Shown piece by piece: positions 37,227-46,170 of a stretch of DNA of 64,000 nt. The position numbers and the translations under genes were made by a program. Source of the DNA: a virus; the IMG/VR virus record IMGVR_UViG_3300028394_000042; one strand, given 5' to 3'. The notes beneath the pieces are model-generated. The model searched no databases and was not told where the DNA came from. It saw nothing but the letters and a program-made list of their open reading frames with translations. Numbering within the stretch: the stretch's first letter is position 1; every line of letters starts with the position of its first letter.

Positions 37227-39068
37227 TCAGGCCGGTGCTGGTTCGAGTTCTTCTTCGGGTCTGGGCTTTTTTCGGCCCATGCGCCCAGCTGCGTACATGC
37301 CCCCAAGGGCCAAGCCAGTTCCAGCAAGCGCGGCAGCTGGCATAGCATATTGCCCAAGCTGCATTGCGCCCGGCTTTGGCATAGCTGGCGGGGTAAGTTT
37401 TGGCAAAGCTTGTGGCGGCGGAGCAACAGGCGCCGGCCCACGTACCGCATTTTGCGCCAAACCAGTGGCGCCATAGCCAACAGCGCCCATCAATCCCATG
37501 GCGCCCAGTCCAAATGCGCCGCGATATTTTGACATGCGCGCCAGATCTTTAAGCATCTTTGCTTTTTCAAGCACAGCTACAGGCGCCATGCCTTTTTCTA
37601 ACGCCAAGAAATTTGGGAGATACCATCCAGACCGCGTGCCTGAACCGCGCATACCCATACGACGCAGAGTCTCAGCTGGTAATGACCCGCAGTGATGCGC
37701 GTTGGGCCCAGAGCACATTTGCGCAATTGCTTTGTCCGGGCCGACTTTAGACGCTAAGTCGAAGTAGCTTGGACCCTGCTGCCCGCCCATGTTGATTTTG
37801 GGCGCGAATACGTTTTTGACGCCAGCAAAAACAGCATTTAAAAAAGCATACGGGCCCTGTTCGTGCGGCAGCATTTTGCCAAGTCCCTGCTGATACTGCG
37901 CAGCCGTAACACCCTTCGGCAATTGAGGGCGCATCACCAGCAGCGGGCGATTGTCTTTCTTCAACAACCCGTCAGCTACGTCGTCCATCATGTTGTGGGC
38001 TTTTTGCTGCCACTTGTCTGACCCACGCGCTTTCAAGATGAGATTTGTCTTCTCAATGTCGTGTTTGTATACGTCACGTGCGTTCTGCGGTAAATTACGC
38101 AGATGCTCGGCAGCTTCGTTGAAATTGCCCGATACAGCTGAAGATAAAGCTTTGCGCACAGCATCGCCGGCGTCTACAGCCATACCAACAGGGCGCATCG
38201 TAGGCCCCATGACGCTCGTTGCTTCAGGGCCGTACTCACGAATAACCTCCCGCAAACTGGGCGATATCGTGCCTTTGGGCGCTGCTTTAACAGAGTCTGT
38301 GATAATTTTATGCGTTGCTGGGCTCCAACCGCCGTGATGCACAGTTGGAATAGTTACGCGTTCTGTGAACCCCTGCGACAATGCCTTGTTGCCAAAGTCG
38401 GCTAAGTCCCAAGAATGCTGCTGCGTGGCTTTTGATGCACGCGCCAGTTGGTTGTAAGCGGCGCGTAAGTCTGGGTCTTTGTTGGTGCGCGCCAGTTGCT
38501 TGACAAATTTTTTGAAGGTTAGTGGATCTGTTGGCGCGTCTTTACCTGTGAGTCTTTTGACGTGCGCTTCCATTGCAGACTGGGCATTCAGTCTTAACTT
38601 TTCAAGTTTGGCGGCGCGTTCCTGCATTGCCCGCGTAGCGCCACCGCCGTAATACTGCCCGTCGGAAGCTTCGAACAATTCGCCTGTGCTGGGGTGCCTG
38701 AGAAACTGTATTGGCCGATTCAACGAGTCAACCATGGGCGCGCCGTAAATCTGCCCGTGCGCGCCCGGGCCGCCCGCGGTAGCCGCGGACGCGTTTACCA
38801 GAAACCGGGTTATTGCATCGTTGGCTGGTTGCAGTCCGCCAATGGCCACGTCGCCCGGCTGCAGGCGTTTGAGCAGATCCCGAATGACTTTTTGCGGATC
38901 ACCGTGGGTGGTGTCAATTTCGTGAGCCTGCTCCACCATGCGCCGATATGTTGGCAGCTCGTGCAGGTAGTATTGCGCCAGACTTGCGCCCGGTACCGCA
39001 GCGCCGGCAGCAGCGCCAGCTGGTCTGTAGTCAATCGGGCCCCGATTTTCTTGAGCTGGAACTGGCAT
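37227..39068 (-). CDS. membrane protein with a possible permuted NlpC/P60 (papain-like) domain
   Basis: LQPGDV..HGQIY..PY..HCGSL order (His before Cys); two C-terminal TM segments. Confidence 0.5.
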   Translation of the reverse strand: MPVPAQENRGPIDYRPAGAAAGAAVPGASLAQYYLHELPTYRRMVEQAHEIDTTHGDPQKVIRDLLKRLQPGDVAIGGLQPANDAITRFLVNASAATAGGPGAHGQIYGAPMVDSLNRPIQFLRHPSTGELFEASDGQYYGGGATRAMQERAAKLEKLRLNAQSAMEAHVKRLTGKDAPTDPLTFKKFVKQLARTNKDPDLRAAYNQLARASKATQQHSWDLADFGNKALSQGFTERVTIPTVHHGGWSPATHKIITDSVKAAPKGTISPSLREVIREYGPEATSVMGPTMRPVGMAVDAGDAVRKALSSAVSGNFNEAAEHLRNLPQNARDVYKHDIEKTNLILKARGSDKWQQKAHNMMDDVADGLLKKDNRPLLVMRPQLPKGVTAAQYQQGLGKMLPHEQGPYAFLNAVFAGVKNVFAPKINMGGQQGPSYFDLASKVGPDKAIAQMCSGPNAHHCGSLPAETLRRMGMRGSGTRSGWYLPNFLALEKGMAPVAVLEKAKMLKDLARMSKYRGAFGLGAMGLMGAVGYGATGLAQNAVRGPAPVAPPPQALPKLTPPAMPKPGAMQLGQYAMPAAALAGTGLALGGMYAAGRMGRKKPRPEEELEPAPA

Positions 39069-39150
39069 AGCGACTGCCTTTTGATAACAAAATAAGGGTG
39101 AATTATTTGGCCGTTTTATTCTAATACAAACCAACAAACCTGTAATAGCT

Positions 39151-39217
39151 AAAAAAAACCCGCGCAGGCTGTATACGCCATGCCCGCAAAGGCACGACGT
39201 ATACAGCACTGCACGGG
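39151..39217 (-). terminator. long-stem intrinsic terminator
   Basis: CCCGTGCAG..GCTGTATACG / CGTATACAGC..CTGCGCGGG stem followed by T8. Confidence 0.75.
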
Positions 39218-39224
39218 CAGTCGG

Positions 39225-39833
39225 CTAGGCGCTTGCGCCAGCCATCACAGCCGCCGCGCCGTCGCGGTGGATTTCCGCCGTGCGGAGCAAGCTCCGCACG
39301 ATGGGGGCGGCGAAGACAATCCCAGCCGCCGCCATGGCGAGCCGGGAGATCGTCATCGCAGCCGCAGGGGCGCTGGCGGCGAGGCACGCCACAGCAGCCA
39401 CCACCAAGACGGCAGCAGCGTCGTCGCTGTGCCGTTCACACCAGCCGAGCGCCCGCTGGAGCATCCCAGCGGTGGTCTCAGCCACCCGGGCGCCAGCGGC
39501 GTAGACACGCCCACTGAACGCCTTAACCGTCGCCACGCACTGCGCCAGCAGCTGCTGGCACAACGCCACGAACTGTTTAGCCAGCGCCACGAAAAACTCG
39601 TAGGCGTTGGCGATCCAATTCGCAACAGCCGTAACGCAGCTGGTTGCCGCGTCATAGACTGTCGTGGCCATGTCGCTGGCTTTGCGCTTGAAAGACTGCT
39701 TTTCGGTGTGCTCATCGAGCACACTCTGCAGCGCCTCTTTCACCGCGGCCAGCAGCTTGCGATTGCTGCTGGTCACGCCACCAACTACAGTACGGGCCCG
39801 AACCGCCGATGCCTTCATGTTCTTCACGGCCAT
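39225..39833 (-). CDS. Ala-rich amphipathic/TM protein in a stand-alone cassette
   Basis: AGGAG RBS; has its own promoter and terminator. Confidence 0.7.
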   Translation of the reverse strand: MAVKNMKASAVRARTVVGGVTSSNRKLLAAVKEALQSVLDEHTEKQSFKRKASDMATTVYDAATSCVTAVANWIANAYEFFVALAKQFVALCQQLLAQCVATVKAFSGRVYAAGARVAETTAGMLQRALGWCERHSDDAAAVLVVAAVACLAASAPAAAMTISRLAMAAAGIVFAAPIVRSLLRTAEIHRDGAAAVMAGASA

Positions 39834-39901
39834 AACTAATCTCCTTGAAAAGAAAAGAAACCACTACACCACCAGATAGGACAGCTATCTGGGAATCATT
39901 G

Positions 39902-39930
39902 AATATGCCGCGTTTTGCGCTTTTATTTAG
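39902..39930 (-). promoter_or_regulatory. phage-type promoter P1
   Basis: CTAAAT-N17-CATATT. Confidence 0.65.
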
Positions 39931-39933
39931 CTA

Positions 39934-40968
39934 TCAGCGCCTTACGCGGACAACACACCCACCCGTTGCCGGGCAAAACACCATTTGTTGCATGGTGCTT
40001 TCGTGCGTAACGGGCCGGCTCCGTAGATTGGCCAGCACGTCATCTTCGTTCTTAGGGGACTTTTGCAGGCGCTTCTTTAACGCCCTGAAGCGTGGATATG
40101 TATCCCACTCCTGCCCCCTCTCGTTCACGGGATTGTGCGCAACCAAGTCGTCATGCAAATAATGATTCGTTTGCACAAGCTTGTCTGCCTTCGGTTGGCG
40201 AAATCTGTATTCGCTTCCCGTACCCACCACAACCGTCTGGTCACTTGGCTCCGTACCCACACAATGGGCAAAGAAAGGAACCATCGTCGTAGCTGCAGTA
40301 AAGTTATCCAACAAGTCTGTATAACTTACCGACGAGTCACACACACGCCGGACGTACTGCAACGTTGGCCACTGGAAGAAGTTGTTCTTACCAATGTTTG
40401 GGGCTTGATTCACCACCATAGCCCAGTTGGCTGACATGGCAGAAACAACCCCGACGAACCCCGGCACTCCAACCGCAAGATACATATGTTTCTTGCCGTG
40501 GAATTTGAACAACCGCGTATGCCGACCAGTGGATGTGGGAACAACCCAATCCATGTTTCTGGCTAACACAGGTGCGCCGTCAACAACACAGCTGTAGCTA
40601 GAACAGCCACAACCGTATAGTTCAGACGCGCTTGTCAGGTCATATAGCAAGTTGCCCATCATGACCCGCCAAGGCTCAACTTCGGCATATCGGCTGATTG
40701 CCGCAATTTCAGTGGCATAATCCTGCCCTATGAACTGCGCAGCTGACTGCACCAGATTACCCATGCTCCAACCACCGACTCGACACAGCGCGCGGAAGAA
40801 CATGCTTTTTTGCGCTAGCCGGTCTTCCATCTGTTCTTCTGTGTCATTTAGAAGAGCATGGATTATATTCCCCTCTGACCGGGCCAGCTCACGCCATCGA
40901 ATCTCAGGCGGCGCCGTGAGGTCAATGTCATGGATCTTGCCGTTGTAGAGCTTCAGAGCAGATGTCAT
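39934..40968 (-). CDS. Ntn-hydrolase, acid ceramidase/NAAA-like (C45/C89-like)
   Basis: IDL..PP..RW N-terminus, GCSS autocleavage Cys, ARNMDW, QTNH. Confidence 0.8.
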   Translation of the reverse strand: MTSALKLYNGKIHDIDLTAPPEIRWRELARSEGNIIHALLNDTEEQMEDRLAQKSMFFRALCRVGGWSMGNLVQSAAQFIGQDYATEIAAISRYAEVEPWRVMMGNLLYDLTSASELYGCGCSSYSCVVDGAPVLARNMDWVVPTSTGRHTRLFKFHGKKHMYLAVGVPGFVGVVSAMSANWAMVVNQAPNIGKNNFFQWPTLQYVRRVCDSSVSYTDLLDNFTAATTMVPFFAHCVGTEPSDQTVVVGTGSEYRFRQPKADKLVQTNHYLHDDLVAHNPVNERGQEWDTYPRFRALKKRLQKSPKNEDDVLANLRSRPVTHESTMQQMVFCPATGGCVVRVRR

Positions 40969-41216
40969 TTACGCACCTGTTCTTTCAGTTCAGCCAGCTG
41001 CCCGCGAAGATCACGCAGCTCTTCAAACAGCTGTGTGATGTATTGCCTGTCCGTCTCGACCCGGTCGATCAGCCGCTCAATGGCGCTGGCTTGCGTCATC
41101 GCGGTTGAGACGTTGTGCCCCGTCACCGGGTCGCGGCCTAACCAATGGGCCATGGGCGGGTGCGACTTGTCGTCAGCCACGTCGCCCAGCCATTCAATTC
41201 CGTAAACCGTAGCCAT
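40965..41216 (-). CDS. hypothetical protein
   Basis: GGAGG RBS; downstream of promoter P2. Confidence 0.6.
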   Translation of the reverse strand: MATVYGIEWLGDVADDKSHPPMAHWLGRDPVTGHNVSTAMTQASAIERLIDRVETDRQYITQLFEELRDLRGQLAELKEQVRK

Positions 41217-41277
41217 AGCTACCTCCGCAAGAAAAGAGTCCAGAGCAACCCAATACACCATATATTGGGTATCAAGT

Positions 41278-41306
41278 AATATGCCCGGAACTGGCGGAGT
41301 ATTTAG
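41278..41306 (-). promoter_or_regulatory. phage-type promoter P2
   Basis: CTAAAT-N17-CATATT. Confidence 0.65.
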
Positions 41307-41331
41307 ATAGCTTTACCGGCTGGCCCAGAGA

Positions 41332-42291
41332 TTAGGCGCTTGCGGCGCCCACACTGGCCCCAAACGCCATAGCAGCACTCTTGGAGCTATCAGGGGAGTT
41401 CTTGGCCCCAAAAGCTGCGTTGCCGTTGATGTTGCCGTCTACAGAGATACCCCCAAACGCGTTGATGGGGTTGAACATCGGGTTAGAGCCGCCACCGCCA
41501 CCGAATGGCTGAATAGGCTTGATGCCGCCCTTCACAGCTGGTTTCTTCTTCTTGTGCCTAGCCTTTGGGTCACGTGGCGCAATCGTACCCAGTGGCAGCA
41601 TCCCGGCGGCAGCGGCTGTCTTGGGCTGCTGTGGCTGTTGGGCTTGGACAGGCTGCTGTGGCTGCATAGCCTGCTGGGCTTGTGCTGCGGGCGCTGGTTG
41701 CTGCTGCGCCCCTATCGGCAACGGGTTTGCCGGGGCAGCCGCAGCAGCGGGATAAGTCTTTAATCCAGCGTTCGCCGGGGCTTGAGCGGCTTGTTGCTGG
41801 CCCTGAGCTTGCGCCTGTTCGTCCATAACAGCCTGCTGAACAGCCTGAGACAACACGACGGAAAGCTTTTTTAACAAAGGATTTACGTCCCCATCCTCCG
41901 CGAAACCAGCAAGTTCTTGAGTACTCTGGTTATAGGCACCCGGCGCGCTTTTCTGGTCTTGGTTCTCGCCGGCCTGAATATGTTCTTCGCCTGCGTATGT
42001 GGGTTTGTCGCTATGGGGGATCTGCACCTTTGTTAACTCTGAGTCTGCTTTCTTATGGTACTCGACGTAAAGTGAGTCCAGTACTGGTTTTACATCGATG
42101 AGTGCGCATTTTGTCATTAAGTTAACTAAACCAACAAGGGCATTTGCGCGCTTTTCAGCCTTTGTTTTCTTGTCTTTGTGGGCGTACGTTGGGAGATTCT
42201 TCTGGTTCGGGTACTCATCTGCCCAGCGCTTGGCTATATCGGGATGCTGTGACCACAAGAACCTGCGTTGCTTTTCTGATTGGAATGGCAT
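41332..42291 (-). CDS. low-complexity putative virion protein with KxA motifs
   Basis: MPFQSEKQRRFLWSQHPDIAKRW mini-domain; KRA, KKA, KTA and KSA motifs; Gln/Ala-rich. Confidence 0.7.
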   Translation of the reverse strand: MPFQSEKQRRFLWSQHPDIAKRWADEYPNQKNLPTYAHKDKKTKAEKRANALVGLVNLMTKCALIDVKPVLDSLYVEYHKKADSELTKVQIPHSDKPTYAGEEHIQAGENQDQKSAPGAYNQSTQELAGFAEDGDVNPLLKKLSVVLSQAVQQAVMDEQAQAQGQQQAAQAPANAGLKTYPAAAAAPANPLPIGAQQQPAPAAQAQQAMQPQQPVQAQQPQQPKTAAAAGMLPLGTIAPRDPKARHKKKKPAVKGGIKPIQPFGGGGGSNPMFNPINAFGGISVDGNINGNAAFGAKNSPDSSKSAAMAFGASVGAASA

Positions 42292-42406
42292 GGTACGAGC
42301 TGCCTCCAGATGTAGATACGAGCGCGTTAGCGAGTAAGCAGTATTTTGGCAGATACTTGGTGAAAAGCAAAGGACACAGGCATTTAGCTGTATAGCGCTG
42401 ATAGCT

Positions 42407-42439
42407 AAAAAAACCGCAGGCCCCGAAGGGTGTGCGGTT
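42407..42439 (-). terminator. intrinsic terminator
   Basis: CCGCA..CCCTTCGGGG..TGCGG followed by T7 on the minus strand. Confidence 0.7.
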
Positions 42440-42476
42440 ATTGGTTGCTGTTGGGAAGCAACCGTGTGTGGCTAGA

Positions 42477-42581
42477 CTAGAACAGCAGGTACGCGAGTAC
42501 CGGCTGCAGGAAAAAGGCGCCAACGCGTACGATGATTTCGTACGCGGCCAAAAACGCTACGCAAGCAATAACAAATCGCAT
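42477..42581 (-). CDS. 34-aa hydrophobic peptide
   Basis: manual translation MRFVIACVAFLAAYEIIVRVGAFFLQPVLAYLLF; AAGGA RBS; lies between promoter P3 and a terminator. Confidence 0.55.
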   Translation of the reverse strand: MRFVIACVAFLAAYEIIVRVGAFFLQPVLAYLLF

Positions 42582-42654
42582 TTTCTTGTTCCTTGTAGAC
42601 CTACTGGAAACCGCGCCACCTACACAGGTGAACAACAGCTATAGGTCATCAATG

Positions 42655-42683
42655 TATATACCCGGTTTTTGCCGTTTATTTAG
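42655..42683 (-). promoter_or_regulatory. phage-type promoter P3
   Basis: CTAAAT-N17-TATATA. Confidence 0.6.
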
Positions 42684-42709
42684 CTATCAATACCCGGGCG
42701 CTGATAGCT

Positions 42710-42746
42710 AAAAAAACGCGCAGACCCCGAAGGGCGTGCGCGTTTT
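42710..42746 (-). terminator. intrinsic terminator (paralog of 42407-42439)
   Basis: AAAACGCGCA..CCCTTCGGGG..TGCGCG followed by T7. Confidence 0.75.
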
Positions 42747-42771
42747 CTGCTGGCTCCTATGAGCCAACTAC

Positions 42772-43140
42772 CTATTTATCAAAGACCTTGACCAAGCCAC
42801 CGAGAGCCGTCAGCTCAGCAGCGGCGTATTTAACCGCCGCGTGTGAGCCGCGGACGATATGCGAGCGCCCGGCCATTCCATCTTCAACAATATTTCTTGC
42901 TGACGACAGAGAAATTTTGCTATCGTCGTCGTCATCAATGTAGATGCCTCTGATTAACTGGATCGCGCGGATCTTGTCCGTGATTTCCGGCAAGCTTATC
43001 AGTTGCAAATACAACGGCGCCTCGTCACACCGTAGCGCAAGCTGATGCGCGACGGTTTCGTGCAAGTCGGCGTTCACACCGCCGCCTGTAAGTTCAAGCA
43101 GTTCAAGCATCTGCTTGAACGTGAGCTTAACGTCGAACAT
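42772..43140 (-). CDS. protein with a ribosomal bL12 (L7/L12) C-terminal-like domain
   Basis: KIRAIQLIR..SLSSARNIVE..AAELTALGGLVKV resembles KI.vIK.vR..gLkeAk.lVE..Le.aGa.v.v. Confidence 0.5.
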   Translation of the reverse strand: MFDVKLTFKQMLELLELTGGGVNADLHETVAHQLALRCDEAPLYLQLISLPEITDKIRAIQLIRGIYIDDDDDSKISLSSARNIVEDGMAGRSHIVRGSHAAVKYAAAELTALGGLVKVFDK

Positions 43141-43376
43141 TATGCACCTCCTCTCAGATGGGCAAGATCGCGCTTGGCGTACAACGCAAGCGCCTCCTCG
43201 CGGGTCAGACCTACGAACTCCTCCGACGAGAATTCAAGCTCGTCGGGGAAGTAGTTGAACAGAACACTCTCGCGGTCGTCACCCGCGAACTTGACCCGCA
43301 CCTCTGGCGGCGGGTCACCCAGCATGTTGGGCATACCCGAAATCCGGCATTCAACGATCTTCGGGGGAACGAGCAT
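43140..43376 (-). CDS. hypothetical phage protein
   Basis: LFNYFPDELEF..EFVGLT motif. Confidence 0.7.
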   Translation of the reverse strand: MLVPPKIVECRISGMPNMLGDPPPEVRVKFAGDDRESVLFNYFPDELEFSSEEFVGLTREEALALYAKRDLAHLRGGA

Positions 43377-43432
43377 AACAACTCCCTTTTGTTATCTAAA
43401 CCACACCAAACCAACACCTAGCCCTACAAGGA

Positions 43433-44326
43433 CTAGGAGTTTTTCAACCGCCGATATGTATGGACGCGGGCGTCAACCACCAACCCCACACATTCCGCGT
43501 TGCGCCAATCTATATACTGGTCGCCCTGCTGTACTGTTTCACCTGTTTCTAACAACCGCCACCCTCTGCCGGGATTCGGCTTCGGGTCACACTGGCGGCG
43601 GTATTTGCCGACGTCGCGCCCGGGCAGTCGCTCGCCAAGCGACAAGTAAGCCGGCACCCAGTTGTCTTCTGAGTACTCAAACTCATCGCCTTCCACGATG
43701 ATTTCCCCTTCGCGCATAAACCGCCAATTCGCATTGTCGTCTGCCGGCGCTGGTGTTGTGCGGCGCCTATATCTAAGCTCGGGGTTAATTATTGTTGTCC
43801 CCGCCATTTTTGTCGGCACCCATCTGGAACTGAAGGCGTGGACTTGGTCGCCTTCTTCTAGCGTGTCACCTAACGCCAACAACTTCCAACCTTCTCCGGG
43901 GTCAACCCTCGGCTTAACCGCTGCCGGTGTTTCCACAGGTAGCGGTTCTGTAACCCGGCGGCGGAAGCGGCAGCCATGCGCAATCTGCTCCGCCGTAACT
44001 TTTGCGCCGATGCTGATATCGCAAGGCACCCACCAAGCGGGGTCAAACGGATTAGAGTTGCGATAATCCCCGTCTTGAATTGTCTCCCCTACTTCCAGCA
44101 GCCGCCACCCGTCGCCGGGGTCAACCGGCGGAACGGCGGAAACCGCTGCCGGCGGCTCTGGCGCAAGCTTAGGCTTTGCCGGCGCAGCCACAAGCTCTTC
44201 ACGAAGCTTTTCCGCCTGCTGCTTGAGCACATTGTTTTCTTTCGCTAATGCAACAATTTTTTTCCAGAGCTTAATGCCCATGGTAGCGGCATCTGTCAAC
44301 AGCTCCGAATCATCTTTTTCGTCCAT
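43433..44326 (-). CDS. protein with four tandem (DPG)xGWRLL..GE.I..GD..W..YRR repeats
   Basis: four internal ~45-aa repeats. Confidence 0.8.
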   Translation of the reverse strand: MDEKDDSELLTDAATMGIKLWKKIVALAKENNVLKQQAEKLREELVAAPAKPKLAPEPPAAVSAVPPVDPGDGWRLLEVGETIQDGDYRNSNPFDPAWWVPCDISIGAKVTAEQIAHGCRFRRRVTEPLPVETPAAVKPRVDPGEGWKLLALGDTLEEGDQVHAFSSRWVPTKMAGTTIINPELRYRRRTTPAPADDNANWRFMREGEIIVEGDEFEYSEDNWVPAYLSLGERLPGRDVGKYRRQCDPKPNPGRGWRLLETGETVQQGDQYIDWRNAECVGLVVDARVHTYRRLKNS

Positions 44327-44341
44327 TTTGCCCTTCTTTCT

Positions 44342-44773
44342 TTAGATGCTCCGCGTGAACCGTTCCAGCAGACTGTCTGGCACAGAGTCGCCTTCGGCCA
44401 GCTCCAGCAGCTGGATTAGGCGAGATATACTTTCCATAACGTCACTATCCGAATAATCGTCGTCATAGCGTCTGCTTGGCTCTGGTCCAAGCGCGGCAAT
44501 CTGTTCCACGCTAAGGCCGACAATAATCGATACATGCAAACATGTACCGTTAACGGCGCAATGAAGCGCCGAGTTTTTGTTTTCTTTCAATTTTTTATAC
44601 AAAATTTCTTGCGCAAGCTTTTGCGTCTTCTGGTGGTACACATCGAAGGCTTTTTCAACAGCTACTTTGTTCCTCTCCTGTTCTTGCTTTCTGTACTGCA
44701 ATTGCAGGAGTCGCTGTTCCAGCGCCGTTAGCGCTTTCGCCTTATTGATCACAAGCGGCAGTTTCTTAGCCAT
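44342..44773 (-). CDS. hypothetical coiled-coil protein
   Basis: coupled ORF. Confidence 0.6.
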   Translation of the reverse strand: MAKKLPLVINKAKALTALEQRLLQLQYRKQEQERNKVAVEKAFDVYHQKTQKLAQEILYKKLKENKNSALHCAVNGTCLHVSIIVGLSVEQIAALGPEPSRRYDDDYSDSDVMESISRLIQLLELAEGDSVPDSLLERFTRSI

Positions 44774-44777
44774 TTTT

Positions 44778-45341
44778 CTAGTCCCAGAATTCCTCGAAAT
44801 ATTTACCGAAAAGCGCAAAGCCACGAGCCTTGCGCTCCTGCCACGCGGTATACCCGACGACATCAAACCTGTCTCCGTCAAAGAACATGAAGTCGTCATT
44901 GATGAGCTTCTGTTCAAACGCCCACATTATCTCCTGCAGCACCCACTCCCAGCGGGCTTCTGCAGAGCTGTCGCATCCAGTCAAATGCTGCTCTTCCGTT
45001 GCCGGACAAGCAACAGTGCTACGTAACTCTTCCGGTACGTCAACATCGTAAACGTACGGAATCCCCGGCTTTTTCTGTTTGAGCCGCTGTAACAAGGGCA
45101 GCGTTATCAGCGCCAGCGTGTGGGCCATACTCCACACGTCGTAATCGTGCACTTCGATGCGCACTTTACGCTCAAACCTGTTGTTCGCCCAGCTTTCGAT
45201 CTTCCAGAGCTGGGTGTCCAACCAACTTTCCTCTTCATCTTCAAGCGGGTTGCGTTTTTTCCCGCTGCACCACAACCGGAAGTTGGCATACCATGTGGCT
45301 GGCCGAAACCACTGTTCCCACGGGCCGATGTATACTTTCAT
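44778..45341 (-). CDS. conserved hypothetical phage protein
   Basis: WS..TLA.I.LP.L..G.P, RW.WVL.E..WAFE, GF.LFGKY..WD pattern recalled from myovirus proteins. Confidence 0.7.
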   Translation of the reverse strand: MKVYIGPWEQWFRPATWYANFRLWCSGKKRNPLEDEEESWLDTQLWKIESWANNRFERKVRIEVHDYDVWSMAHTLALITLPLLQRLKQKKPGIPYVYDVDVPEELRSTVACPATEEQHLTGCDSSAEARWEWVLQEIMWAFEQKLINDDFMFFDGDRFDVVGYTAWQERKARGFALFGKYFEEFWD

Positions 45342-45685
45342 CCGCCCCTCCGAATCCGGTCGTGGACCTGCTTGCGAAACTCCATCATTTCTTCGCGAGT
45401 GGCATCACTGACAAGGTTTACCAGATACTTGCCGTCAACCTTGTCACGCATACTGCCACAGGTGTCGTGTAGCAGCCCGGACATGAATACACTGTCTGGC
45501 TTTCCGGTGGCTGTAACGCGGAAGTTCCAGCAGCCACCGCAAGACAGCCACTCCCATACTTCCTGCAACGATATATTCGTTGCATTTTGCCCGACAGTGT
45601 ATTCGTCCCCGCGCCTATATGGGTCGGAGATTAAGATATCAAAGCCCGATATCTTTTCGCATTCCTCGTAGTAGACAACGTCCAT
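45338..45685 (-). CDS. hypothetical protein
   Basis: coupled ORF. Confidence 0.55.
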   Translation of the reverse strand: MDVVYYEECEKISGFDILISDPYRRGDEYTVGQNATNISLQEVWEWLSCGGCWNFRVTATGKPDSVFMSGLLHDTCGSMRDKVDGKYLVNLVSDATREEMMEFRKQVHDRIRRGG

Positions 45686-46170
45686 CAGCGTGTCTCCTTT
45701 GGGCTTAATTCAAACAACGCGTCAGGCGGCCGATAGGCGCCCGGCAGTTCTGTTTTTGCCATATACCCCGGCTCGTGTAGACACCGGTCGAGAATAAAGT
45801 CGGCCTCTGCGCGGAGGTGCTCTTTACTCACATCCGCCAGCATGCTTCTGGTGTACTCAACGCCCTTGAACTCAAACGTTTTCTGTTCAGGGATTGTGAA
45901 CTCCAAGGTACCGAGCGACGAATCATCTGACTCGTGCACATGACATGTCTGCACAGTCACGCCAACCAAGTTCTCGTACTTGGCGTGCTCTGGAAGCCAC
46001 GGCCATTGGTGCGCCTGCGGTATAAGCAGGGTGACAGGCACCAGACAAGTTAAGCCCTTGATAGTCGCCCAGTCTTGCTCTAACTGGGCATACTCGGCAC
46101 GCGTCAATATCGCGTACCACTCCTTGTAGCCGAACTCCTCTGAGATCAAGAGGAGAACTTTGTCTTCCAT
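45685..46170 (-). CDS. hypothetical protein
   Basis: AGGAGG RBS. Confidence 0.65.
   Translation of the reverse strand: MEDKVLLLISEEFGYKEWYAILTRAEYAQLEQDWATIKGLTCLVPVTLLIPQAHQWPWLPEHAKYENLVGVTVQTCHVHESDDSSLGTLEFTIPEQKTFEFKGVEYTRSMLADVSKEHLRAEADFILDRCLHEPGYMAKTELPGAYRPPDALFELSPKETR

Noticed and set aside
42359-42387. Fifth copy of the CTAAAT promoter
   Set aside because: CTAAAT is present but there is no YATATW at 17-nt spacing; treated only as a half-site of the inverted repeat.
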